Shown here piece after piece: positions 9,311 through 18,918 of a stretch of DNA of 64,000 nucleotides. The stretch comes from an uncultured Gemmatimonadales bacterium (GTDB taxonomy: Bacteria; Gemmatimonadota; Gemmatimonadetes; Gemmatimonadales; GWC2-71-9). The notes under the pieces were generated by a model. It ran no database searches. It saw nothing but the letters and a program-made list of their open reading frames with translations, and had not been told where the DNA came from. The stretch covers positions 1 through 64,000 of the forward strand of contig CAWJIM010000005.1 of the NCBI GenBank assembly GCA_963842945.1. The letters run 5' to 3'. Position 1 is the stretch's first letter. Each line of letters opens with the position of its first letter. The translations under genes and the position numbers were made by a program.

Positions 9311-10738
9311 ATGAGACCAACTGCCATTCCCCGCCTGGGCGTGCCGGGCCGCCATGTGCCCGAGCTCGCCGGCGTCTGCACCTATGCGGAGTTTGCCCAC
9401 CCGGGTCTGGGCGTCGAAGAAAACGTCGCATTGTTGAAGCGTTACAATTGGGTCGAGAGGCGCCTGACCGATCTCTTCCTGACGCGTCTCAACTCCACGC
9501 CGGAATGGGAGGTCAAGGGTGCGTTCTCGCTGCATCTTTGGCTCGACGCGGAGCACGCGAAGTGGCTTCGCGAGCGAGTGGCCCAGCTGCGCCATCCGCC
9601 ACATCGCTTCGAACAGGTCCCTGACCCCGCTCTCGAGGCGTGGCTCCAGGAGACACTCTGCTCGCGCGGAACGATCGAGCTGCTGATTGGCATTTATCGG
9701 TCGATCAAGCCGGCGCTACTCGGTGCGTATCGCACCCACATGGAACTGACCCATCCGTTGATGGACCAGCCCACCCGGCGCGCACTGCGCTTCATCATCC
9801 TCGAAGAGGCGGAAATGATCGAGTGGGGCGAGCAGGCGCTCAGCGCGCTCCTGCCTGCGGCCACCGACGAGGAGCGGGCTGCCGCGGACGCATGGGACCG
9901 GCATCTTCGGGCCTTTCTGTCCGCTGCGGGTGGCGTGGCAGGCGACTCGCCCCGCCCCGAGACGGAGCTGCCTTCGGCCCGCGCGGCGGTGGAGCCGGAG
10001 GTCGAGGTGGACTGGACGCCGCGGCGCGACGACCGCATCGAGAGCGACAACTACAATTTCCCGCCGCACTGGGTGTACGCGCAGCGCGACCGCCCGGTGG
10101 AGGAGCGGATGCTCGCACTGATCTGCAAACGGCTGCTCGAGATGGATGTGCCGGAGACGCTTGCGTCCATCATTTACCGGTCACGTGACGCGAGCGCAAA
10201 GGAGGGTAAAGCCAGACCGTGGGGCTACACCACGGATATGTGCCGCCAGCTCTGGGACGAGGCGCGTCATTCGATGCTCGGCGAGGGATGGTTGGCCGCA
10301 CGCGGTATCGACTGGACTCAGGTGCCGCTCAACCGGGGTTTTTCGCTCGCGCTGAACACCCAGGTGACGCCTCGGGAGGCTCACGCTGCGCTGTACTGGA
10401 TCGAGCAAGGCCTGATGCCGCGCCAAACGGGCAAGGGCTACGAGTACGACACATCGGTCGACTCCGGCGATGCGCTGGCGGCGCTGATCCAGGATTACGA
10501 CTGGGCCGACGAAGTCCTGCACGTCTACCTGGGCCGTCACATCGTCGAGGAGCTCGGTTCGCGGAAGGAGGCGGAGCGCTTGGGCGAGGATGTCTTTCAC
10601 CGAGTGATGGAGCGGCGCCGCCACGAGACGGGGGGCGCGGAGTGGTGGACGCAGTTCTGCGAACGAACCATTGGTCTTACGCCCGAGCCGCTGAACGAAT
10701 CGGCGGTCGCGACGGACGCGCCATGGAAGAACGGGTGA
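9311..10738 (+). CDS. Tandem ferritin-like (DUF455-like) putative di-metal protein
   Basis: LWLDAEH in the N-half; WDEARHS, EQGL and ADEVLHV in the C-half; GGAG SD before ATG 9311. Confidence 0.7.
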   Translation: MRPTAIPRLGVPGRHVPELAGVCTYAEFAHPGLGVEENVALLKRYNWVERRLTDLFLTRLNSTPEWEVKGAFSLHLWLDAEHAKWLRERVAQLRHPPHRFEQVPDPALEAWLQETLCSRGTIELLIGIYRSIKPALLGAYRTHMELTHPLMDQPTRRALRFIILEEAEMIEWGEQALSALLPAATDEERAAADAWDRHLRAFLSAAGGVAGDSPRPETELPSARAAVEPEVEVDWTPRRDDRIESDNYNFPPHWVYAQRDRPVEERMLALICKRLLEMDVPETLASIIYRSRDASAKEGKARPWGYTTDMCRQLWDEARHSMLGEGWLAARGIDWTQVPLNRGFSLALNTQVTPREAHAALYWIEQGLMPRQTGKGYEYDTSVDSGDALAALIQDYDWADEVLHVYLGRHIVEELGSRKEAERLGEDVFHRVMERRRHETGGAEWWTQFCERTIGLTPEPLNESAVATDAPWKNG

Positions 10739-10744
10739 CGGTGC

Positions 10745-11506
10745 ATGCACCTCCGTTTCCGTCAACTCGCGATTCTGCCCTGCTTCGTCCTCCTCGCCGC
10801 GCCCATGCTGCAAGCCCAGCAGTGGTCGGTCCACGATCCCCACCGCCCTCCGCCGCCGGAGGTGGATCCCGGCTCGTCCACCCGGCCGCCCGCCGACGCG
10901 GTGGTGCTCTTCGACGGCAAGGATCTCTCACGCTGGCGGATGAAGAACGGCGCGCCCGCGGCCTGGAAGGTGGAGAACGGCTACTTCGAGGTGGTTCCGG
11001 GCAGCGGCGATCTGGCGAGCGTGGCCGGGTTCGGGGATTGCCAGCTCCACCTCGAGTGGGCCACGCCGGCGCCGCCCAGCGGCGAAGGCCAGGAGCGCGG
11101 GAACAGCGGCGTGTTCCTGATGGGCCTCTACGAGGTGCAGGTGCTCGACTCCTACCGCAGCCGCACCTACGCCGATGGACAGGCGGCCGCCCTCTATGGC
11201 CAGTTCCCGCCGCTGGTGAACGCCTCGCGTCCCCCGGGGGAATGGCAGACCTACGACATCGTGTTTCACCACCCGCGGTTCGACCGGCACGGCAGGCTCG
11301 AGCGCCCGGCGACGATGACGGTGCTGCACAACGGGGTGCTGGTACAGGACGGGGTCGAGCTGATCGGCGCGACGGCGCACAAGGTCAGGGCGAAGTACGC
11401 GGCGCACCCGGACCGGCTGCCGCTGGTGCTGCAGGATCACGGGCATCCGGTGCGGTATCGGAACGTGTGGGTGCGGGAGCTGGGGGAGGCGGGCGGCAGG
11501 TCCTGA
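10745..11506 (+). CDS. DUF1080 (3-keto-glycoside hydrolase/lyase family) secreted protein
   Basis: Signal peptide; LFDGKDL, FGDCQLHLEW, GNSGVF, YEVQVLDS, GEWQTYDI and LQDHG...YRNVW motifs. Confidence 0.92.
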   Translation: MHLRFRQLAILPCFVLLAAPMLQAQQWSVHDPHRPPPPEVDPGSSTRPPADAVVLFDGKDLSRWRMKNGAPAAWKVENGYFEVVPGSGDLASVAGFGDCQLHLEWATPAPPSGEGQERGNSGVFLMGLYEVQVLDSYRSRTYADGQAAALYGQFPPLVNASRPPGEWQTYDIVFHHPRFDRHGRLERPATMTVLHNGVLVQDGVELIGATAHKVRAKYAAHPDRLPLVLQDHGHPVRYRNVWVRELGEAGGRS

Positions 11507-11692
11507 TCTGGCGTTGAGCTCGCCGCCATGAAGCACAATCTTCCCCTCCGCCAGCGCAGCAAGCTTGCTTACGCCTTCGCCCAGACGAGTACCCCGGCGC
11601 GCACGAGATTGGCACCGCCGTTCTGCGGAAATCAGAGGGAATCCGGTCGATCAAATGCGTTGGTTACGATTGCCCCCGTTCGCCGCTGCACG

Positions 11693-12184
11693 TCAGGAGG
11701 TGAGCCTCGCGAAGGCCGAGTCCTTCCCGGGGTTCGACTTCTCCTTCTTGTACCATCCGTAAGCATTGCCGGGCGGGACCGGCTTGCCGATCTCACCTGG
11801 GTCGGTGAGCTCAGCCGTCGCGCCTGAGTGCACTGTGAGGCCCACCCCGTTCGGTGCCAAGAGCAAGGACTGCGTCTGGTAGCCGATCGTGAGGTCCACC
11901 CGGCCGGAATCGGTGTTAATGACCAGCTGCTCAACCGTCGCGACCGTGTCTCCGACGGGGTTCTTCTCCAAGTAACTCCTGACGTAGGTCTCGACTGAAC
12001 CTCCGGTGATGAACTCCTGCGCACCAGCTAGCACTGCGGCGTCGGCGGCGCGCTGCATTTCGGCCCTCCGGACATAGACGAGGCCGAGATCCATAATCAG
12101 GGCCCAAACGGCTAAGGCCGGGATGAGGAGCGCGGTCATGATGGCGAGAGTCTGGCCGCTTCTCTTACGGAGCTTTTCGCGCAC
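11693..12184 (-). CDS. TadG/TadE-like pseudopilin-domain protein
   Basis: RSGQT + hydrophobic helix + DLG...RAEMQRAADAAVLAGA; AAGGAG SD before a GTG start. Confidence 0.8.
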   Translation of the reverse strand: MREKLRKRSGQTLAIMTALLIPALAVWALIMDLGLVYVRRAEMQRAADAAVLAGAQEFITGGSVETYVRSYLEKNPVGDTVATVEQLVINTDSGRVDLTIGYQTQSLLLAPNGVGLTVHSGATAELTDPGEIGKPVPPGNAYGWYKKEKSNPGKDSAFARLTS

Positions 12185-12206
12185 GTCTAGCTCCTTGTTC
12201 GACGAT

Positions 12207-12254
12207 TGCTTCAGGGGGAAGGGTATTTCAGTTTGCTGCGCTGCTTCAGGGGGA
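12207..12254. repeat. 13-bp direct repeat TGCTTCAGGGGGA x2 in the leader of the TadG-like gene
   Basis: Copies at 12207 and 12242. Confidence 0.7.
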
Positions 12255-12620
12255 GGGGGTGGCTCAGCTCCTTTGAGCTCCTTATGTGGCGGTTAGTTCA
12301 AGGCAGAGAGTGTCTTAGTTCCAAATGACCTGGACTCCAGGAACTCGGTCTGACGACGGTGAGGGCGATAGGGGAGGCTCCCCAATCGCTTGGAGAAGAG
12401 AACTTGTCAGGGGGTAGGAGGGTCTCTATAGAACAAAGTTGGCCCCGGATTGTCAACAGCCGGTGCCAACGGCGATCTCCCTACCCTCGAGGTCATTCTG
12501 GATGGTGAGATCGCGGCCCCACGCTCGGCGTGTACCCTCAACAAGGCGGCCCCATGATCGGGGCCGTTTGCATGCTGATCTCCGAAGCTTATTGAACTGA
12601 TTGAGCCAGTCTGCGCCGAA

Positions 12621-12878
12621 TCAGTCCCGAGCGGTGGCGTTGAGCGAGGCGTCAGTATCCAACCGCAGCCGGCCCTCGATCCTGGCGGCCAGGCCGAAGC
12701 CGGTGTAGACGCGAGCCAGATCATCGATCGGCGTGCCCATGGAGCGCGGCGGCTCAAAGTAGGCGACGCCCAATCGTGCGGCGCTGCTCGGAGGGGTGGC
12801 GAGTGAATCGGTATGATGGCTCAGGACAGTGGCGACGAGAGCGACGGGAACGGACCAGCGGAAGATCGACGGCGACAT
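12621..12878 (-). CDS. Small hypothetical, possibly secreted protein
   Basis: GAGGAG SD; N-terminal hydrophobic stretch. Confidence 0.55.
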   Translation of the reverse strand: MSPSIFRWSVPVALVATVLSHHTDSLATPPSSAARLGVAYFEPPRSMGTPIDDLARVYTGFGLAARIEGRLRLDTDASLNATARD

Positions 12879-12982
12879 GAAAGCTCCTCGGTGTGCGTGG
12901 CAGGGACGCCGGGAGCTTCGGCTGTGTCTCCATCAAACTTGAGTGCTGGCTAAGGCAATGTCGCGAGACTGGGGGCCCGCGG

Positions 12983-13210
12983 TCAGGCCGCGCCTTCGAT
13001 AGGCCCCAGGTGACGCCGCGGGGTACCTCCCCGGAACTCGAAGTGAGCATCGGGAAGTACCCGGTCGTGCAACACGTACGCGTCCGCCAACTGCAGAATC
13101 CGCATGGCAGCCACTTTGTCGGCGATGACCGCTGCTGCGTCCCAGGCTCCCACCCGCAGCATGGGATAGAGGTGCGCGTACTCCGGCCGAAGACGGGCTT
13201 CACGCAACAT
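12983..13210 (-). CDS. Small hypothetical protein (REARLRPEYAHLYP...HFEFRGG)
   Basis: GAGGA SD; protein-like composition; co-oriented with the downstream small ORF. Confidence 0.7.
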   Translation of the reverse strand: MLREARLRPEYAHLYPMLRVGAWDAAAVIADKVAAMRILQLADAYVLHDRVLPDAHFEFRGGTPRRHLGPIEGAA

Positions 13211-13583
13211 CGACGTCCTCTAAATTTTTAGACCTGCGGGAGTTCAGAGGGAGGGTGCCACAATCTGAAGTTTTCCCCAGCCTGTGCAAGCGCTCATTTC
13301 TCTTCGGTAGTAATGACAAAGTGTTGAGTCGATGTTGATGAGTATGCTGAGCACTGTCAGCGGCTTACATGCAACTACCACATCTCCACAGGCTGTGGAC
13401 AAGAATTGAATCGCCTTCCCCCTTTTCCTCTTCTTCCACACCGTCAAAAAACCGGGCAGAAAAACCGAAGGGAATCCGTCAATCGGCGCTGGTTTCTTGT
13501 GGCGTGACCCGAGTCACGGGACCAGACGCCGGGAGAGACCATGTTTTGGATGGTGTGGAGGAAACCGAGACCAACGAGGAGGC

Positions 13584-13829
13584 ATGATGGGAAAAGATGA
13601 CCGGCCCAAGGCCGACTTCTCCGATGTAGAAAGCGGGAGCTCGTCTACGGCTGCGAGTCCCGCTGGGCGGAGCTATACCGTGCAGAAGGGCGACAGTCTC
13701 TCGAAGATCGCCAAGCGGGAGTACGGCGATGCCCAGCAGTGGCGCAGAATCTATGAAGCCAACCGGGATCTGATCCAGAATCCCGACCTCATCTATCCCG
13801 GGCAGGTCTTCCGCATTCCGGAGGCCTGA
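13584..13829 (+). CDS. LysM peptidoglycan-binding protein (Kbp/YgaU-like LysM)
   Basis: YTVQKGDSLSKIAK..YGD...WRRIYEAN...NPDLIYPGQ; GAGGAGG SD. Confidence 0.92.
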   Translation: MMGKDDRPKADFSDVESGSSSTAASPAGRSYTVQKGDSLSKIAKREYGDAQQWRRIYEANRDLIQNPDLIYPGQVFRIPEA

Positions 13830-13838
13830 GCAAGGACC

Positions 13839-14288
13839 ATGAACATGATGCGACGCTATCCAGCCATTCTACTGCTGGCCGCCGGCACCCTGGCTGCGCC
13901 CGGATGCAAGAAGAGCTCGGACACAGGCACACCGGCAGCTGGTACCGAGACGGCAACCGCGCCGGCCTCGATCGCGGAGATTCAGCTGGGCCGGCACTTG
14001 TCAGCCGACAAGCGGGTGTCCGACGCTACGACCAATTTCTCTCCGCGTGACACCATCTACGCCGTTGCCGTCACTCAGGGCAGCTCGCCCAATGCCACGG
14101 TCACGGCGCGCTGGACCTACGAGGAGGGAGGGCAGGTGGTCAAGGAGGATTCCCGTAGCATTGCGGCGAATGGCACCGAGGCCACCGAGTTCCACATCTC
14201 CAAGCCGAGCGGCTGGCCCAAGGGGAAATATCGGGTAACCCTCACACTGGGTGGGTCCACCGAGTCCAAGGATTTTGAGGTGAAGTAG
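13839..14288 (+). CDS. Putative lipoprotein, beta-sandwich
   Basis: Signal peptide ending ...LAAPGC; FHISKPSGWPKGKYRV. Confidence 0.8.
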   Translation: MNMMRRYPAILLLAAGTLAAPGCKKSSDTGTPAAGTETATAPASIAEIQLGRHLSADKRVSDATTNFSPRDTIYAVAVTQGSSPNATVTARWTYEEGGQVVKEDSRSIAANGTEATEFHISKPSGWPKGKYRVTLTLGGSTESKDFEVK

Positions 14289-14296
14289 CCGGGTCT

Positions 14297-14770
14297 TTAT
14301 AAGGTGGGATCGATCGCAATCTCGTAACGGACCGGCAGCGGTGGCAGGGTGCCGCCGCTGACCGGAGCCTCGAACCGGAAGTGCACGTCCTGCAGGATCT
14401 CTCCTGAGCCACGCGTATTACGCGCCACCGTCACCGCGGCACCGGCGGTGAGCAGCACGAATTCCCCAGTCGCCGTTTGGACCCACACTCGAGAGGTCGA
14501 GCCCGCCAATCCGCGCACGACCAGCCGATATCCGGCGTTGCTGAAAAGCCGCACCGTTGTGACAGCCTCTCTCAGAAGCCCTGTCTGACCGGTCTCGCGA
14601 GGGGGGGTGACGCTGGAGATCGATCCGCGCGGATCGACGTGGGCCACCAGGGTAACGCTACCACTAGCGGACGCGAGCCCCACCTGAGCGGCCGCGGGGG
14701 CGGACCGGAGGCACAGGAGCCCGGCTGTAAGCAGGGCCAGGGTTCGGGCCTCAAAGACGCAATAACGCAT
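14297..14770 (-). CDS. Hypothetical secreted protein
   Basis: Signal peptide ending APAAAQ, then a beta-rich sequence. The upstream part of the long ORF is antisense to the serine hydrolase and is not counted. Confidence 0.6.
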   Translation of the reverse strand: MRYCVFEARTLALLTAGLLCLRSAPAAAQVGLASASGSVTLVAHVDPRGSISSVTPPRETGQTGLLREAVTTVRLFSNAGYRLVVRGLAGSTSRVWVQTATGEFVLLTAGAAVTVARNTRGSGEILQDVHFRFEAPVSGGTLPPLPVRYEIAIDPTL

Positions 14771-15025
14771 TGTGTCACTAATCCTTAGCACGCGCAGCCG
14801 ATACGACAGGGCGTCGGAAAACCAGTCCGCTACCCTCGAACGTACCCCGCAAAACCGGACCTGGTTAGAGCAATCACTCCACGCAACCCTTTCACGAAGC
14901 CGAGTATCTACAAGAAGTGCGGCCTGCTGGGGCTCCAGCGAAACGTGCTGGCCCCGAACGCGTAGGGACATACTGGTCGTGCCGGGCCGCCCCCCGCGGG
15001 CCGGATCCAGAGGGTGAGGCTGAGC

Positions 15026-16243
15026 ATGTATGTGACCCGCCGGCGATTCATGCTTGGAACAGCGGGAGCCTTCATCAGCGCGGCGCAAGCTCGGGCTGCC
15101 TGGCCCGCGCAAGCCATGATGTCGATGGGCAAGGCCGGCCCCGGCTGGGAGCCCAATGCTGCCCTCCTGCGTCAGCTCCCTCGGTTGCTCGAGCTGGCCT
15201 CGGTTCCGGGTTTGGGTCTCGGAGTTGTGGAAGGCGCTCGAGTCTGGACCCGAGGCTTTGGTCGAGCGGTCGAGGATCCGGCGCAGCCCGCCTCCCCCGA
15301 GACAGTCTTCGAAGCCGCGTCCCTCGGCAAACCAATTTTTGCGTACGCGGTCCTCCGACTGGTGGACGCCAAAGCTCTCGATCTGGATCGGCCGCTGTAC
15401 GACTACCTGCCGATACCGGAAGCGAGCAGCGCCCGGATGAGACGGGTGACCGTGCGACAGGTGCTCAGCCATACGACCGGTCTTCCCAACTGGCGCCAGC
15501 TCCCCGGCCCGCTGGAGCCGGCGGAAGAACCCGGAAAAAAGTTCAGCTATTCGGGAGAAGCGTACTTCTATCTGCAGCGCGTGATCGAGGCCGTGACCGG
15601 CAAGCCGTTCTCCCGAGTCATGCAGGAGCAGGTGTTCGAACCCTTCGGCATGAAACAGAGCAGCTATGTGTGGCTGCCCCAGTTCGAGAGCCGCATGGCG
15701 GCAGGGTACGACGGACAGGAGAACCGGCTCGACGTTCAGGCAGCGATCGGCCGGCGCACGCTGGCCATCGCACAACAGTGGGGCACTCCGCTGGCCGACT
15801 GGCGTTACCAGGAATCGGCCAAGGCGATTCCGCTGGTGAATCCCGAGTGGCCGGTGCTGCCACTCTACATGGTGCCCAACGCGGCGACGTCGCTGCTTAC
15901 CACCGTGAGCGATTACACCAGGTTCCTGAGCCGGGTGGTTGCCCTGGATGGACGTCCCACCCTCGCCCTGTCTCCCGAGATCCGTCGAGCCATGACCAAG
16001 CCCGAGGTGCGGCTCAACAGCGCCCTATTCTGGGGTCTTGGTTGGGGAATACAGCGGGACGAGCACGGCGAAGTGCTGTGGCACTGGGGTGCCAACAACT
16101 CCTTCCGCAACTTCGTCATTGCGGATCCGCCAAATGGCCGAGCCATCGTGGTGTTCACCAACAGCGAGAACGGTCCCCGGCTCTACGAGCGGGTGATCCT
16201 GGCCGTGACGGGCCACGATCATCCCGCTTTTCTCTGGATCTAG
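15026..16243 (+). CDS. Serine hydrolase, beta-lactamase class C-like, Tat-exported
   Basis: TRRRFM twin-arginine signal; ASLGK (SxxK), LSHTTGL, FSYSG and WHWG motifs. Confidence 0.9.
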   Translation: MYVTRRRFMLGTAGAFISAAQARAAWPAQAMMSMGKAGPGWEPNAALLRQLPRLLELASVPGLGLGVVEGARVWTRGFGRAVEDPAQPASPETVFEAASLGKPIFAYAVLRLVDAKALDLDRPLYDYLPIPEASSARMRRVTVRQVLSHTTGLPNWRQLPGPLEPAEEPGKKFSYSGEAYFYLQRVIEAVTGKPFSRVMQEQVFEPFGMKQSSYVWLPQFESRMAAGYDGQENRLDVQAAIGRRTLAIAQQWGTPLADWRYQESAKAIPLVNPEWPVLPLYMVPNAATSLLTTVSDYTRFLSRVVALDGRPTLALSPEIRRAMTKPEVRLNSALFWGLGWGIQRDEHGEVLWHWGANNSFRNFVIADPPNGRAIVVFTNSENGPRLYERVILAVTGHDHPAFLWI

Positions 16244-16323
16244 CAGTACCCAGACTCTCCGTACTTCCAGCGTCACCCATCCTCTACTACTTATAGCCGT
16301 CGGACTCCTGACAAGGGACCTGC

Positions 16324-17265
16324 GTGCGCTCCAGAATGGGTTGGAAGATCGCGATTGCGTTCTTTGCGGTGTACGTGTGCTGGGGGATGACCTATCTGGC
16401 CATGCGGGTGGCCGTGGAGACCATCCCGCCGCATTTGCTATCCGGCAGCCGGTTTGTGTTCGCCGGGCTGGTGCTCTATGTCTGGGCCAGACGCCGCGGA
16501 GAGCCGGCACCGTCCACGGTGCAGTGGAGAGCGGCCGTGGTGATTGGCGGGTTTCTGCTGCTGGGAGGAAATGCCAGCGTGGCCTGGGCGGAACAGCGAG
16601 TACCGTCAGGCTTGGCGGCGGTGTTGATCGCGGTCGCGCCGATCTGGATGGTGGGTTTGGAGTGGGCCAGAGGCGGGTCACGACCGAGCAAGCAGGTGAT
16701 TGCAGGACTGCTGCTCGGCCTCGTGGGGGTTGGCTTGCTGGTGTCCTCCCGCGGGAACTCCGCCACCCGAGTGGACCTCGTGGGCGCCGTCATTCTGGTT
16801 CTGGCCTCTGCGTCCTGGGCCTGGGGGTCGGTGTGGTCCAAGACGGCTCCGCTTCCCAAGTCTCCCTTTCTGGCAACCAGCATGGAGATGATCGGGGGTG
16901 GCTTGCTCTTGTTGCTGACCGCGGGCATTGCCGGACAGTTTCAGGCCTTCGAGCCGAGCCGGGTGACTCTCCCAGCGGCGCTGTCGTGGTGGTACCTGGT
17001 GATATTTGGTTCGCTGGTGGGATTTACCGCTTATATCTGGTTGCTGGGAGTCACCTCCATCGCCAAAGCCGGCACCTACGCCTATGTCAACCCGATTGTC
17101 GCGGTCTTTCTGGGCTGGGCCATCCTGCATGAGACGGTCACCATGCGCATGTTGCTGGCTGCCGCGGTGATCCTGATCGGTGTGGCACTGGTCAACATCG
17201 ATTGGACTACCAATCCCGTTCTCTCGAGCCGGCCCCGAGCGAGGGATTGCCCTGGTGACTGCTGA
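16324..17265 (+). CDS. EamA/DMT family transporter (YedA-like)
   Basis: About 10 TM helices; WGMTYLA and YAYVNPIVAVFLG motifs. Confidence 0.92.
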   Translation: MRSRMGWKIAIAFFAVYVCWGMTYLAMRVAVETIPPHLLSGSRFVFAGLVLYVWARRRGEPAPSTVQWRAAVVIGGFLLLGGNASVAWAEQRVPSGLAAVLIAVAPIWMVGLEWARGGSRPSKQVIAGLLLGLVGVGLLVSSRGNSATRVDLVGAVILVLASASWAWGSVWSKTAPLPKSPFLATSMEMIGGGLLLLLTAGIAGQFQAFEPSRVTLPAALSWWYLVIFGSLVGFTAYIWLLGVTSIAKAGTYAYVNPIVAVFLGWAILHETVTMRMLLAAAVILIGVALVNIDWTTNPVLSSRPRARDCPGDC

Positions 17266-17905
17266 GCTGCTCTCGCTCGACCGTCTCCAGTAGCTGCCGA
17301 GCCTGTTCCGCGGTCAACTCTTCTGCCGACTCGCCTTCACCCGCGCCGTATCCGCCTCCGGCCATAGCACCGGCTGCCGCCTCCGGATTGCCCTCATATC
17401 CGGGAACGCTCATGTTGCCCCGGCCGTAGTCGGCGGAGCGCCCGCGGCCGGATGAGCCTCCCGACTCCCGGTCCTCCCCTCGACGCCGGAGTGCCAGCTC
17501 CAGGTTCCATTTGGCTGCCGAATCGTGCGGCTCCAGCCGCAGCGCCTCCTGATAGGCGGTGATTGCCTCGGTCAGGAACTGACTCTTCTCGGGAGCATCT
17601 TCGGCCGCGCGAAGATATGCGTTCCCGAGGTTGTAGTAGCTGGCAGGGCGGAGACGGGGCACGGCCATCGCTTCACGAAAGCTCCTGGCAGCCTCCTCGT
17701 AGCGTCGCATCCGGTAGAGTGCGTTGCCCACCGAGTAGTGCAGCGCCGGATCTCCGGTCCGCTCCAGCGCCTGATGAAATGCCTCATAGGCTTGGCGGTA
17801 CTGTCCCGCGTTGTACGAGCTTTCGCCCCGCCGGATCTCCCGCAGGGCCGGGCTGCAGCCTGCGAGGAGGAGGACGCCGAACGCGCGGAGGGCGTATGGA
17901 GTCAT
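17207..17905 (-). CDS. TPR protein, BatC-like
   Basis: HYSVGNALYR, YYNLGNAY, AKWNLELA; last gene of the MoxR-VWA operon. Confidence 0.8.
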   Translation of the reverse strand: MTPYALRAFGVLLLAGCSPALREIRRGESSYNAGQYRQAYEAFHQALERTGDPALHYSVGNALYRMRRYEEAARSFREAMAVPRLRPASYYNLGNAYLRAAEDAPEKSQFLTEAITAYQEALRLEPHDSAAKWNLELALRRRGEDRESGGSSGRGRSADYGRGNMSVPGYEGNPEAAAGAMAGGGYGAGEGESAEELTAEQARQLLETVEREQLSSHQGNPSLGAGSRERDW

Positions 17906-18918
17906 GGCCGAGTCCGTGGGGGGTACTTGCCGGCCAGAGGAATCAGGACCAGCAGACCGATCGCCAGGCCGAGCGGCCACTGGAAGCGATCCACCCGTTC
18001 CATCGCGTCGGCCGAGGTGATGGTCCGGCGGTCCAGGAGCGATAGCGCGTCGTTGAGCTCGCGAGCGGCTGCCGGGGACCAGCGATAGTAGCTGCCGCCG
18101 GTCTCCCGAGCGGCTCGCCGGAGATCCCCCTCTTCCAGGCGGGACAGCACGATTCTTCCGACGTTATCGCGATGCCACTTGTCCGGTGCTTCACTGCTGT
18201 CGGCCGGAACCGGCGCTCCCCCGGTGGTGCCCACCCCTATCGCGAGAACCGAAATGCGAGCCTGGCGCAGCCGGTTCAGCGCAGCCCCGATGTCGCCCGG
18301 GCCGCTCTCGCCATCGGATACCAGGAGTACCGTCTGATAGCCCCGTTCACCGTCGTGCTCGAATGCAGTAGCTGCGGCCGTGAGGGCGTTGGAGAGATCG
18401 GTGGCCGGATCGCCGAGATCATCGGTGCTTGCGGCGTCGAGGAATCGTTGGAAGGCCGCGTAGTTGCTGGTGAGCGGCAGCTGAAGAAATGCGCTCCCGC
18501 CGAACACCACGAGCCCGACTCGCTGGCCCGGACTGGCCCGGAGCAGGTCGCGCACGAGCTGCTTGGCAACCGCCAGCCGGCTTTGCTCCGCGTCGGCTGC
18601 GTTCATGGAGCGGGAGAGATCGAGAACAACCAGCAGGTCGCGGCCGGTCCGGCCCATTGCACTCGGGCGTTCACCGAGCTGAGGCCGAGCCAGGGCCAGC
18701 AGGATCAACAGCACGGCGGCGAGTGTCAGAGCATCCCGGACAACGTACTCCCGCCGAGAGGGGACCCGGGAGGTCTGTTGCAGCAGCGGCTCGTCGCCAA
18801 AGCGACGCAACCGCGCGAGCCGGTCCCGCTCTCGCCTGATCATGGCATATCCGACCAGAGGGCCGATCACTGCCAGGGCCAGCAGATACAGAGGTGCCCC
18901 GAAGCTGAGGGAGCTCAA
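17902..18918 (-). CDS. VWA domain protein, BatB-like
   Basis: ALARPQ, MIDAS DLSRSM, SDGE motifs. Confidence 0.88.
   Translation of the reverse strand: MSSLSFGAPLYLLALAVIGPLVGYAMIRRERDRLARLRRFGDEPLLQQTSRVPSRREYVVRDALTLAAVLLILLALARPQLGERPSAMGRTGRDLLVVLDLSRSMNAADAEQSRLAVAKQLVRDLLRASPGQRVGLVVFGGSAFLQLPLTSNYAAFQRFLDAASTDDLGDPATDLSNALTAAATAFEHDGERGYQTVLLVSDGESGPGDIGAALNRLRQARISVLAIGVGTTGGAPVPADSSEAPDKWHRDNVGRIVLSRLEEGDLRRAARETGGSYYRWSPAAARELNDALSLLDRRTITSADAMERVDRFQWPLGLAIGLLVLIPLAGKYPPRTRP

Noticed and set aside
14771..15775. 492-aa minus-strand ORF as one protein
   Set aside because: The upstream part is an antisense shadow of the serine hydrolase; only the last 157 codons look like a gene.
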